A stretch of 24,662 nt of DNA from Methanocaldococcus jannaschii DSM 2661 (lineage in GTDB: Archaea; AGJL01; Methanococci; Methanococcales; Methanocaldococcaceae), in the NCBI RefSeq assembly GCF_000091665.1, contig NC_000909.1, positions 706,049 to 730,710 of the forward strand, read 5' to 3'. A program made the position numbers and the translations under genes. The notes below the pieces were generated by a model. It was not told the DNA's origin. It did no database searches and was given only the letters and a program-made list of their open reading frames with translations. Shown here one piece after another: positions 1-9,367 of the stretch. Each line of letters begins with the position of its first letter. Position 1 is the stretch's first letter.

Positions 1-41
1 CTATATATGCTGATTTATCTTTATTCATAACTACTATATAT

Positions 42-55
42 AGTTTTCGAAAACT
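42..55. promoter_or_regulatory. 14-bp perfect palindrome AGTTTTCGAAAACT between two TATA-like tracts
   Basis: ACTATATATAGTTTTCGAAAACTTTATATATATG read directly; lies about 75 bp upstream of the start codon at 131. Confidence 0.4.
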
Positions 56-130
56 TTATATATATGTGGATTGAAGAGGTATATATACTTAATGAAAATA
101 CATTTAAATATATAAAACTGAAGTGAAAAT

Positions 131-691
131 ATGGAAATCTTAGATTTAACTCAAACTCTAATCAATTTTCCGTATCCTGGAGACCCAGAACTGAGAATTA
201 TTGAGAAAAAGATAGATGGGTTTATAGTATCAGAAATAATCATGGGTTCTCATCTCTGCACACACATAGATTATCCAAAACATGTTGGATTGGAAAATAG
301 GATTCCATTTAAAGATGGAATTATTAAGGGAAAAGGGTATTGCATATCTTTAGATGATTTTGAAAGAAATAAATTACCCGCATGTGACATTTTGTTAATC
401 TATACCGGATTTTCAAAATATTGGGGTAGAGATGAATATTTTGAGAAAATTCCAGAAATACCATTTTTAGATGATATTATTAAAAGCAACATAAAATGTG
501 TTGGTATAGATGCTTGCACAATTGGTGGATTTGAGGAGCATAAAAGGCTCTTATCCAATAATATTTTAATTATTGAAAATCTAAATGAAAATCTGAAGAA
601 TTTAGTTGGTAAGAGTTTTTATTTTTTAGGACTACCTTTGAAGATATTTGACATTGATGCCTCACCTATCAGATGTATCGCTATTTTATAG
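131..691 (+). CDS. cyclase family protein (kynurenine formamidase-like fold), function unknown
   Basis: 186-aa ORF; N-terminal DLTQTL and HLCTHIDYPKH metal-site-like motif, C-terminal LPLKIFDIDASPIRCIAI typical of the cyclase family; AT-rich promoter-like region upstream. Confidence 0.75.
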   Translation: MEILDLTQTLINFPYPGDPELRIIEKKIDGFIVSEIIMGSHLCTHIDYPKHVGLENRIPFKDGIIKGKGYCISLDDFERNKLPACDILLIYTGFSKYWGRDEYFEKIPEIPFLDDIIKSNIKCVGIDACTIGGFEEHKRLLSNNILIIENLNENLKNLVGKSFYFLGLPLKIFDIDASPIRCIAIL

Positions 692-896
692 TCATTTTCA
701 AAACTATTCACAATTTATTAAGGAATGGATATAAAAGCCCCTTGGTTTTTATAAATGCCTTTTAATACAGAACTTTTTAAAATGACTATGGATTTCTTTT
801 AGCCTATATTTAATTTTTGATATTGGCTATTAAAAAATATAATATCATTGATAATACTTATTTATGGCTATTTACTACTTAGAACCAAATAGATAA

Positions 897-934
897 TTTT
901 ATATATTACCAAACATAACAATAATATTACCAAA
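897..934 (+). promoter_or_regulatory. hmd promoter region: TATA-like TTTTATATATTA plus two direct repeats ATATTACCAAA (903-913, 924-934)
   Basis: direct sequence; repeats start exactly 21 bp apart, one overlapping the TATA box, the other near the expected TSS. Confidence 0.45.
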
Positions 935-966
935 GTCACTCACAATATTAACAAAAAGGTGAGAGG

Positions 967-2043
967 ATGAAAATAGCAATCTTAGGAGCTGGATGTTACA
1001 GAACCCACGCAGCAGCAGGAATAACCAATTTTATGAGAGCTTGTGAAGTTGCTAAAGAAGTAGGAAAACCAGAAATTGCTTTAACACACTCTTCTATAAC
1101 CTATGGAGCTGAGCTTTTACACTTAGTTCCTGATGTTAAAGAAGTTATTGTTTCAGACCCATGCTTTGCTGAAGAACCAGGATTAGTTGTTATTGATGAA
1201 TTTGACCCAAAAGAAGTCATGGAAGCTCACTTATCTGGAAACCCAGAGAGCATAATGCCAAAGATTAGAGAAGTTGTTAAGGCAAAGGCAAAAGAGTTGC
1301 CAAAACCACCAAAGGCATGTATCCACTTAGTCCATCCAGAGGATGTTGGTTTAAAAGTAACATCAGATGATAGAGAGGCAGTTGAGGGAGCAGATATTGT
1401 AATTACATGGTTACCAAAAGGAAACAAACAGCCAGACATTATTAAGAAATTTGCAGATGCAATTCCAGAAGGAGCTATTGTAACCCACGCATGTACAATC
1501 CCAACAACAAAGTTTGCTAAAATCTTTAAAGACTTGGGAAGAGAGGATTTAAACATCACCTCATACCACCCCGGATGTGTTCCAGAGATGAAGGGACAAG
1601 TTTATATCGCAGAAGGTTATGCAAGTGAAGAGGCAGTTAATAAATTATATGAAATAGGTAAAATTGCAAGAGGAAAAGCATTTAAAATGCCAGCTAACTT
1701 GATTGGTCCTGTCTGTGATATGTGTTCAGCAGTTACAGCAACAGTTTATGCTGGTTTATTAGCATACAGAGATGCAGTTACAAAGATCTTAGGAGCTCCA
1801 GCTGACTTCGCTCAGATGATGGCTGATGAAGCTTTAACACAAATTCACAACTTAATGAAGGAGAAGGGAATAGCAAACATGGAGGAGGCGTTAGACCCAG
1901 CTGCTTTATTGGGAACCGCTGATAGTATGTGCTTTGGTCCATTGGCAGAGATCTTACCAACTGCTTTAAAGGTCTTAGAAAAACACAAAGTAGTTGAAGA
2001 AGAAGGAAAAACAAAATGTGAAATAATGTCTCAAAAGGAATAA
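967..2043 (+). CDS. hmd: 5,10-methenyltetrahydromethanopterin hydrogenase (H2-forming methylene-H4MPT dehydrogenase, [Fe]-hydrogenase)
   Basis: 358 aa; MKIAILGAGCYRTHAAAGITNF N-terminus and SYHPGCVPEMKGQVYIAEGYA containing the iron-ligand cysteine; SD-like AGGTGAGAGG just upstream. Confidence 0.97.
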   Translation: MKIAILGAGCYRTHAAAGITNFMRACEVAKEVGKPEIALTHSSITYGAELLHLVPDVKEVIVSDPCFAEEPGLVVIDEFDPKEVMEAHLSGNPESIMPKIREVVKAKAKELPKPPKACIHLVHPEDVGLKVTSDDREAVEGADIVITWLPKGNKQPDIIKKFADAIPEGAIVTHACTIPTTKFAKIFKDLGREDLNITSYHPGCVPEMKGQVYIAEGYASEEAVNKLYEIGKIARGKAFKMPANLIGPVCDMCSAVTATVYAGLLAYRDAVTKILGAPADFAQMMADEALTQIHNLMKEKGIANMEEALDPAALLGTADSMCFGPLAEILPTALKVLEKHKVVEEEGKTKCEIMSQKE

Positions 2044-2264
2044 ATAAAGGGATAGGTAAAATTTAAATCAAAATAAATTGTAATTTAACTTAATTTCTAA
2101 TTTTTTATTTTTTATAAGATAATTTTTCATTTTTTCTATAAAAATTCATTAAAAAATTTACAGGAAAATTGTTTCTTTTTTTGCAAAAAAATACATTAAA
2201 AATATTAAAGTCAGAAAATATTAAAAATTATTATTAATATTAATGCAAAATAAAATATAAAAGT

Positions 2265-3392
2265 GTGAAATATACTTATAAAATAAGTAAAGTAAAAATA
2301 TCTGGTGATTTAATGGTATTTGGAAAAATTGAAGAAGAGTTTAAAGAATTTTTAGAAAGTAGAAGAAAATATAACGAATTTATAAAAAATGGGCTTATAG
2401 ATGAAGATGAGGCATTAAAATTATTTAAAATAGACAATTGGAGAGATTATTTAAAGCTATTTGACATTGCCTCAAGGGTTAGGGATTATTTTAAGAAGAA
2501 GATTGAGATCACATCAACAATTCACATAACCAACATCTGCCATGTGAATCCTAAATGCTTATATTGCGGTTTTGCTGCCGGAACTTCAAAAGAGGGCTAT
2601 TATGAGCCGTTTAGATTAACAGATGAGGAGATAAAAAAATCAGCAATAGCCATTGAAGAGAGTGGGATAAAAAGAGTTAGTTGCTCTTCTGCACATGGTT
2701 ATCAAGGAAAAGAAGTAATAAGAGCTTTAAAGATAGTTAAAAAATACACAAACTTGGAAGTTTTAGTTAATGCAGGGGCTGATTTAACAGAGGAATCTAT
2801 TAAAGAACTTAAAAAATATGGAATTGATACAATATGTTGTAATTTAGAAACAATAAATGAGAATCTTTTTAAAAAGGTTAAGCCGGGAGAGGAGTTGGAA
2901 GATAGAATAAGGGTTTGTAAATTAGTTAATAAATATGATATTGAGTTATCTACTGGCTTATTGATTGGTATTGGGGAGAGTTATGAGGATAGAGTAGAGC
3001 ATTTATTTTATTTAAAAAATGAGTTAAATGTTGGGGAAATTCCAATAATGGGTTTCAACCCTTACAAAGGAACTCCTATGGAGAATCATCCAAAATGTTC
3101 TGCTTTGGAGCAGGCAAAGACGATAGCTATAACAAGGCTGATATTTCCAAATATAAGGATTACATCACCAACACCAACTATAGGGGCTGAGTTGGTGCAG
3201 TTTGCATTATTTGGAGGGGCGAGTAATGTAGCAACGGTTATTCCTAAAAATCATCCAATGAACGTAAAGGGAGTTGGAAATCCAAAAACTGGGAATTTGG
3301 AGGAAGTTGTTAAGATGATTATGGATTTGGGATTAAAGCCAAAGTTGGATTGGAGAAGGTATGAGAATTATTTGAAGATTTATGGAAAATAA
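2265..3392 (+). CDS. hmdB: radical SAM protein HmdB (HcgA), FeGP cofactor biosynthesis
   Basis: biotin synthase/ThiH-like protein with CX5CX2C motif CHVNPKCLYC; directly downstream of hmd. Start more likely ATG 2313 (see findings). Confidence 0.88.
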   Translation: MKYTYKISKVKISGDLMVFGKIEEEFKEFLESRRKYNEFIKNGLIDEDEALKLFKIDNWRDYLKLFDIASRVRDYFKKKIEITSTIHITNICHVNPKCLYCGFAAGTSKEGYYEPFRLTDEEIKKSAIAIEESGIKRVSCSSAHGYQGKEVIRALKIVKKYTNLEVLVNAGADLTEESIKELKKYGIDTICCNLETINENLFKKVKPGEELEDRIRVCKLVNKYDIELSTGLLIGIGESYEDRVEHLFYLKNELNVGEIPIMGFNPYKGTPMENHPKCSALEQAKTIAITRLIFPNIRITSPTPTIGAELVQFALFGGASNVATVIPKNHPMNVKGVGNPKTGNLEEVVKMIMDLGLKPKLDWRRYENYLKIYGK

Positions 3393-3951
3393 TAAGTGTG
3401 GAACTATGAGGGGAGAAAGTGTTTATTTAGCCTATCCATTTATCTTAGGTAGTGTAATATTTGTTGAATTTTTTATTTTTGGCTTAGTGTATCTAACATT
3501 CGGATTAGGTCTAAAAACAATAATCATAACTTCGGGAGTCATTTTGATATGTTTATTGCCGATTTCCATTATTTTAATTAGATTATTTATTAAATCAATT
3601 GCTGGAAAAAATAAAGGAAAATTAATTAAAAAATACACAAAATTAAAGATTTTAAATAAAAAATATAAAATTTTGAAAGTTTTATTGTTTATTGTTGGGA
3701 TTAATTTTTATCTTTTTGGAAACTTAGTATCATTAAACATAAATCCATATACTAAATTTGTTTTATATTCGATTTCTGCGTTTTTTATAATTATTTCAAT
3801 AGTTGTTGGAGATGTTATTGTAGAATTTTATGAAAATGGGGTTTTTATTAATCCATTGGGCTTTTATAAATGGGGGGAGGTTGGTAAAGAGGATTTAAAT
3901 GATAGGCTGATTTTAAAGATTGATAAGTTGGTGATAGAATGCAAGAGGTAA
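3382..3951 (+). CDS. small membrane protein, DUF5673-like (TM hairpin followed by a C-terminal soluble domain)
   Basis: hydrophobic segments, then YENGVFINPLGFYKWGEV resembling the 12958-13470 and 20935-21453 ORFs; overlaps the end of hmdB. Confidence 0.6.
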   Translation: MENNKCGTMRGESVYLAYPFILGSVIFVEFFIFGLVYLTFGLGLKTIIITSGVILICLLPISIILIRLFIKSIAGKNKGKLIKKYTKLKILNKKYKILKVLLFIVGINFYLFGNLVSLNINPYTKFVLYSISAFFIIISIVVGDVIVEFYENGVFINPLGFYKWGEVGKEDLNDRLILKIDKLVIECKR

Positions 3952-4013
3952 ATAAATTTTTTGGGGGTTTATAGCTGAAAGAAATCAAAAAGAGATAGTT
4001 TTGAATAAAACAG

Positions 4014-4574
4014 TTGATACGTGGAACTATGAAAATTGGAATAACAAAGATGTATAAAGAGATTGCTGATTTGATAGGTTTGGAAGAGTATGAGATAGTT
4101 AATCCCTACAATACCAAAGTTGATTGTGATTTTTTAATTATATCTAAGGGATATAAGGAGAGAGTTAAAAAGCTAAATCCAGAATCGGAGATTTTTGAAG
4201 TTAAATCAGCAACTTTTATGGATTTAATTAAGAGTTTAGAAGAATTAAAAAAATTAGGCATAGGAAAGGAAGGAAAAATAGATAAATCAATAGAATTCCT
4301 AAAAAATAAAGAAAAAGAAATAAAAAAATTGGTTAAAGATTTGAATGTAAAAGTTAATCCAAAAACAGAGTTTATTAGAAAGGTTGTTGAAGATTTAGGC
4401 TTAGAAATCTCTGATAATGGTATTTTAATAATTCCAGATTATTTGTTTGATGGGAAAAATATAGAAAACATTATAATCTTAAAAACACACAACTATGATT
4501 TAGGGTTAGTTGAGAGGATTGAAGATAGATATCTGCAAATTATACAATCGATTCAGAAATACCTCAATAAATAA
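4014..4574 (+). CDS. conserved protein of unknown function in the hmd cluster
   Basis: 186-aa ORF (TTG start); ATG at 4029 (MKIGITKMYKEIADL) is the more likely start; lies between hmdB and hmdC. Confidence 0.65.
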   Translation: MIRGTMKIGITKMYKEIADLIGLEEYEIVNPYNTKVDCDFLIISKGYKERVKKLNPESEIFEVKSATFMDLIKSLEELKKLGIGKEGKIDKSIEFLKNKEKEIKKLVKDLNVKVNPKTEFIRKVVEDLGLEISDNGILIIPDYLFDGKNIENIIILKTHNYDLGLVERIEDRYLQIIQSIQKYLNK

Positions 4575-4590
4575 ATGCTAATGGAAGAGG

Positions 4591-4699
4591 CATCATCGAG
4601 TGAAACGAGATGAGTAATGAAATTCCAAGGGAATTTCATCTGATTGCCGAGCAAAGCGAGGCAATGCATCCATTTTGATCAACCTTTCTTAAAAGGTTG
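4591..4699. repeat. block of four consecutive hairpins in one intergenic region
   Basis: CATC(A)TCG/CGAGATG 4591-4612; ATGAAATTCC-AAG-GGAATTTCAT 4617-4639; ATTGCC...GGCAAT 4643-4665; CAACCTTT-CTTA-AAAGGTTG 4680-4699. Confidence 0.7.
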
Positions 4700-4723
4700 T
4701 TATAAATAAATTGAGGGATTTTT

Positions 4724-6238
4724 ATGAGAGAACTCATTAAAGAGGCAGTTAATAGCTTAGATTCAGCATTAGAGCTAAGAAAACTGATTATAAAAAAACT
4801 AAATGAGAAAAAATTAAAAGAAAGCGACATAATTGAGATTGTTGATGCAGTTGATGATTTATCCTTGGAAGAGATTCAAAAATTGGGTAGTAATTTAAGA
4901 ACATTCCCAATGGGGTGTGATTTGGTTGAGATTGCTGTGGGGCCGTGTTCATCATCATTAACATTAATTCAGTTTATTGAAAATTGTATATTAACCGATT
5001 ATATGGGATTTCCAATTCATATATGCAGTTATGCGGTAGCAGATATTGCTGAAAAAGAGGGTTTAAAGCCAATAGAAGTTTTAAAAATGGTTTTAGAAAA
5101 TGTTGATGTGCCAATAGATATAGACCACTTTGGAATGTATGGACCTATGAGGTTTCCAAAGGAGATAACTCACTGTTATGGGGATTGTTACTTTAAAGGA
5201 CCACCATTTAAAGGTTGTCCAAGAAATAGAATTCATAAGAGATTGATAGAGAAGGAGAAAGAGCATGCAGATGAATTTGAAGATTGGATAAAGTTAGCAT
5301 CAACCCTCTGTATAAATGTTGTTGAGGAGCAGGGTGGAGAGGAGCATGCAGCTCCGTTAGAAGAGATGAAGATTGTTGCAGAGACAGCTAAAAAGTATGG
5401 TAAGGGATTAGAAGGCATTTTCCACATTGGAGATGGATATGATGATTTAATAACTGGAATTAAAGCATGCATTGATTTAGATGTTGATGTGTTTGTTGTT
5501 GAAGGTGCTCCATTTAATAGGGCTAAGAATAGGTTGAAGGCTTTTGCTAAGGCTATAGCTGTCTCAAGGATTTTGGTTAAAGGAGGAGTTGTGGCAACAA
5601 ATGGAGCTTATGAGGATGAATGCAGAGTTGGTTTAAGGAGTGGGCTAAATACAATATTAACTGGCTTTCCATTAAATCATCATGGGTATATGTGCGGCTA
5701 TAGCCCAAAAACTGCAAAGAGAGGGAATTTTGGATTGAGAAGAGTTATGAGAATAATTAAAGAGGAAATAAGAGCAGGAAATGTCAATGCAACATTTATT
5801 GATAAAGATATGGTTAAAGCAATTGCCTTAGGAAATAGGTTTTTGAAAGGGAATATTTACCCTTACAGCATTGGAGGGTTTTATTTAGGAGATGCACACT
5901 GGGCGGCTATAAAGGAGAGTAATTTATGCAAAAAATTGAAGATAAATAAAACTATTGATGATATTTCAGCTGAAAAGGTTGGATTGATTGGGGGGAGATA
6001 TATAAGTTGGGCAATTGCTGAAAAAGCAGAGGAGGTTTATATTTCAGATACTGATAGTTGGGTGGAGAAAGCCACTATCAAAATTTTAAATGAGGCAGGA
6101 ATCAATGCTTATCCATGCAATGGAGATGATAAGAAGGTATTAGAGGCAGATAAAGCATATATAACAACCTTTATCCCAAATATTGCCTTGAAGATATTAA
6201 ATAAGCTTAGAGATAGTAAGGTTGAGCTTTTGATTTAA
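4724..6238 (+). CDS. hmdC: HmdC / HcgG, fibrillarin-related FeGP cofactor biosynthesis protein
   Basis: 504 aa; VGPCSSSLTLIQFIENC, HFGMYGPMRFPKEITHCYGDCYFKGPPFKGCPRNRIH and the hmd context; family recalled, not searched. Confidence 0.8.
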   Translation: MRELIKEAVNSLDSALELRKLIIKKLNEKKLKESDIIEIVDAVDDLSLEEIQKLGSNLRTFPMGCDLVEIAVGPCSSSLTLIQFIENCILTDYMGFPIHICSYAVADIAEKEGLKPIEVLKMVLENVDVPIDIDHFGMYGPMRFPKEITHCYGDCYFKGPPFKGCPRNRIHKRLIEKEKEHADEFEDWIKLASTLCINVVEEQGGEEHAAPLEEMKIVAETAKKYGKGLEGIFHIGDGYDDLITGIKACIDLDVDVFVVEGAPFNRAKNRLKAFAKAIAVSRILVKGGVVATNGAYEDECRVGLRSGLNTILTGFPLNHHGYMCGYSPKTAKRGNFGLRRVMRIIKEEIRAGNVNATFIDKDMVKAIALGNRFLKGNIYPYSIGGFYLGDAHWAAIKESNLCKKLKINKTIDDISAEKVGLIGGRYISWAIAEKAEEVYISDTDSWVEKATIKILNEAGINAYPCNGDDKKVLEADKAYITTFIPNIALKILNKLRDSKVELLI

Positions 6239-6253
6239 AATTTTGATTTTGAG

Positions 6254-6576
6254 ATGGTGAAGTTAATGGATATTGATGAATTTCTTAATTATCTATCTAA
6301 TGCTACAAAGGAAAATTTTAAGAAAACCAAACACTTTGAAATTAGAATTGAACTTAGAGAAGATAATATACCAAATGAAGAAGAGCTATTTGAAATTTTA
6401 ACTAAAAATAAACCAGTTGGGATATTAAAGCAGAAGGATGATAAATTTTTAAGGTATATTATGAGTTTGATGAAAAACATGATGTTGTTGTAGTTATGAG
6501 CATAAAGTCAATTGAACCATTGCAAATAAATTTAATTACAATATTTCCACAAGATAGAAAAAGGAGGGAAAAATAA
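6254..6576 (+). pseudogene. frameshifted small gene (DUF4258-like toxin candidate), intact frame would end at TAA 6574-6576
   Basis: ORF track stops at 6493, but another frame continues as YYEFDEKHDVVVVMSIKSIEPLQINLITIFPQDRKRREK and stops in a TAATG overlap with the next gene. Confidence 0.65.
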
Positions 6577-6926
6577 TGAAAGTTAAAATAGATTACGATT
6601 ATGAAAATGATAATTTGTTAGTTTATAAAGAGGGGGCAAAATCTAAAAAAACTTTGGATTTAGATGATATTTTAATCGATTTTGATGAAAATGGTGATGT
6701 TGTAGGAATTGAAATTCTTAATGCTTCAAAACTATTTAACGTTGATAAGTATGATTTACTTAAAAATCTTATTAAATTTGAGGCAGTTGGTAAAATTACT
6801 AAGGATTTGATAACTTTAAACATAAAACTATATCTATTAAGAAGGAAAAAAGAAATTATTAAAGAATCAGTTGTTAAAGGACTAAATACTATTGGATTAA
6901 AAGAGGGAGAGGTTGTAATTGGGTAA
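6576..6926 (+). CDS. DUF2283-like protein, putative antitoxin partner
   Basis: N-terminus VKIDYDYENDNLLVYKEG...DENGDVVGIEILNASKL typical of DUF2283; SD AGGAGG upstream; TAATG coupling. Confidence 0.7.
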   Translation: MKVKIDYDYENDNLLVYKEGAKSKKTLDLDDILIDFDENGDVVGIEILNASKLFNVDKYDLLKNLIKFEAVGKITKDLITLNIKLYLLRRKKEIIKESVVKGLNTIGLKEGEVVIG

Positions 6927-6960
6927 ATAAAATAAAAAAATAAAAATATAAGGGGTTTTT

Positions 6961-7650
6961 ATGAATTGGAAGGGACATACAATCTTAGGAATTATCTTTG
7001 GATTGCCTTTTATCTCCTCACCAGAACAGATATTTTTAGCTTTAGCTGGAGCCTTGTATCCAGATTTAGACCATGATGTTAAGGAGGATATTGTTAAAAG
7101 AGGGCTTTTAATATCTGGAGGGATTGTTTTTATAAATATTTTACTGTATTTTTTTGATAAACATCTATTTAATGTTGATTTATTTATTTTGGGGGTTTTA
7201 ATTCTTCTAATATACTTAATTCCATATTTTTCAGATCATAGAGGTTTAACACATACATTTTGGTCTCTGTTATTTGTATCCTCTATTTTGGGATATTTAG
7301 CTTACAAACTCTCATTTATCTCATCAGTTTTTGCTGGACTGATATCTCTATTAATGGTTACCAATGAGGTTTTACTTGGTAGAGTTATGATTTTTGCTGT
7401 GTTTGCATGGGCTGTTTTGGATATTTTAAATCCAAATATAAATGTTAATGGAGCTTTATACTATATACTACCAGTTGTTTTTGGATATTTATCTCATTTA
7501 GTTGGAGATACAATGACACCAGCTGGGGTTAGGGCTTTTTATCCACTATCTAACTATAAATTAAGAAAAAAAGAAGGGTATATTTTAGTGGCAATATGGG
7601 CTTTAATGGCAGTTTATGTTTGGAAATATATGATTTTATCATTACTTTGA
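6961..7650 (+). CDS. membrane-bound metal-dependent hydrolase (YdjM/DUF457-like)
   Basis: N-terminal H(T)[20 protein letters not shown] and [21 protein letters not shown] motifs with several TM segments. Confidence 0.85.
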
Positions 7651-7671
7651 TAAAATGCAAATAAAAATAAA

Positions 7672-9126
7672 TTAAATTTCATAGGATAAAAGTATCTCCT
7701 TAACTTTATTTATCTTCTGCAATTTCTCATCAACCTCTTTTTCATATCTGTCTAATCTCTCCCTAAATACCTTTATCCTTTTTTCAACTTCTTCTGGAGC
7801 AGGGCCCCCTATAACATCTCTCATCTTAACATTCTCATAAGGGTCTAATGCCTTTTTTATCTTCTCCTCATCAACTTTCAAATTGTATTTTTCTAAAACT
7901 TCATAGATAACTTCAATCATATCCTTTTTTTCTTCTATACTTCTTCTAACAACTTCTCCAACAATGCCATGTGCTGTTCTAAATGGAATTCCTGTCTCTC
8001 TAACCAAAGTATCTGCCAATTCTGTTGCAGTTGAGTAGTTTGCTTTAGCTAATTCTTCCATTCTCTCTTTATTAATTTTTATTGTTTTTAGCATTCCATG
8101 AACCATTTTTATTGTGTCTATTGTTGTATAAACGCTATCCCATAAATGTGGGCTTATTTCCTGTAAATCTCTATTATAAGTATTTGGTAGAGCTTTTAAT
8201 ATTGTTAATGCAGTAACCAAATTTCCATTTAATTTGGATAGCTTAGCTCTCGCTATCTCCGCCACATCAGGGTTTTTCTTTTGAGGCATTATTGAAGATG
8301 TTGAGCAGAACTCATTAGCAATCTCAATAGTTCCAAATTCATAGGTTGAGAATAAAATCAATTCTTCACAGATTTTTGATAAGTTTGTTCCTAATATTGC
8401 TAAGTCAGCCATTGTCTCTAATATAAAGTCCCTTGCTGAAACACCATCCATTGAATTCTCTATCAAAGCATCAAAGCCCAATAATTCTTTAGTTCTCTCC
8501 CTGTTTATCTTAAATCCAGTTGTTGCCATTGCTCCACAACCTAATGGAGAAATATTTATTCTTTTGTAAGCATCTAACAATCTTAAAATATCTCTTTCAA
8601 TTGCTGAAACGTAGCTAAGCAAATGATGAGCAAAAGTTACTGGCTGAGCATGCTGTAAATGTGTATATCCAACGATTAATGTCTCTTTATGTTTCTCAGC
8701 TAATTCTAAAATATCTTTTAACATCTTAATTAAAGATTTAGCTATTATTAAGACCTTCTCTCTTAATGCAATTCTTAAATCTGTTGCTACTTCATCATTT
8801 CTACTTCTTCCAGTGTGCATTCTTCCTGCTACATCTTCACCAAGTTTTTTAATTAGCTCACTTTCAATGACCATGTGTATATCATCCAAGGAAGGGTCTA
8901 AGTTGAGATTTTCCATTCCTTTTTTATAAATCTCTTTTAACCCTTCAATAATCTTTTTTGCGTCTTCCTTTTTTATTATACCTTGTTCATAGAGCATTAT
9001 TACGTGAGCTATGTCGCATAAGATATCCGCTTCAAAAATCTCCTTATCAAAGCTTAAGCTTGTTGTGTATTTTGCTACATCTTCTTTTATTGAATTTCCT
9101 AATCTTCCTCTCCTTAAGATGTTCAT
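7672..9126 (-). CDS. argH: argininosuccinate lyase
   Basis: 484 aa; GRSRNDEVATDLR, THLQHAQPVTFAHH, signature GSSIMPQKKNPDVAE (here TSSIMPQKKNPDVAE). Confidence 0.97.
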   Translation of the reverse strand: MNILRRGRLGNSIKEDVAKYTTSLSFDKEIFEADILCDIAHVIMLYEQGIIKKEDAKKIIEGLKEIYKKGMENLNLDPSLDDIHMVIESELIKKLGEDVAGRMHTGRSRNDEVATDLRIALREKVLIIAKSLIKMLKDILELAEKHKETLIVGYTHLQHAQPVTFAHHLLSYVSAIERDILRLLDAYKRINISPLGCGAMATTGFKINRERTKELLGFDALIENSMDGVSARDFILETMADLAILGTNLSKICEELILFSTYEFGTIEIANEFCSTSSIMPQKKNPDVAEIARAKLSKLNGNLVTALTILKALPNTYNRDLQEISPHLWDSVYTTIDTIKMVHGMLKTIKINKERMEELAKANYSTATELADTLVRETGIPFRTAHGIVGEVVRRSIEEKKDMIEVIYEVLEKYNLKVDEEKIKKALDPYENVKMRDVIGGPAPEEVEKRIKVFRERLDRYEKEVDEKLQKINKVKEILLSYEI

Positions 9127-9311
9127 TATTTCACCAATGCATTTTAATCGTGTTTAAATAATATTGATTATGTTATATTTCATTTTTTGATATAAAATTA
9201 TAAAATAGTTAAAAATAATTTACTTTTTTAAAGTTATAATTGTTTTATTATTAAAAATTCTAATAAGTTAAAAATTTTAACATATATAATTTACTATTTA
9301 ACTTTAAATCA

Positions 9312-9322
9312 TAATATATATA
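9312..9322 (+). promoter_or_regulatory. TATA-like box for the peptide gene
   Basis: TAATATATATAG upstream of a roughly 115-nt putative leader. Confidence 0.4.
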
Positions 9323-9367
9323 GAGGTTTTGTATTATTACATTTGTGAAAAATGTGGAAAATAATAG

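Noticed and set aside
1227-2014. Antisense ORFs within hmd (1227-1559, 1778-2014)
   Set aside because: Shadow frames opposite a strongly supported gene, without recognisable protein character.
967-2043. Catalytically inactive Hmd paralogue (HmdII/HmdIII)
   Set aside because: The iron-ligand cysteine motif SYHPGCVPE is present and the gene is adjacent to hmdB/hmdC, so canonical Hmd is favoured.
2140-2260. AT-rich inverted repeats after hmd such as TTAATATTAA
   Set aside because: Very low complexity; weak palindromes are expected by chance in about 85-90% AT intergenic sequence.
2265-3392. Genuine biotin synthase (bioB)
   Set aside because: CX5CX2C cysteine motif and position directly after hmd indicate HmdB.
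4636-4830. Antisense 64-aa ORF over the hairpin block
   Set aside because: Extends over hmdC and palindromic DNA; no supporting SD or protein features.
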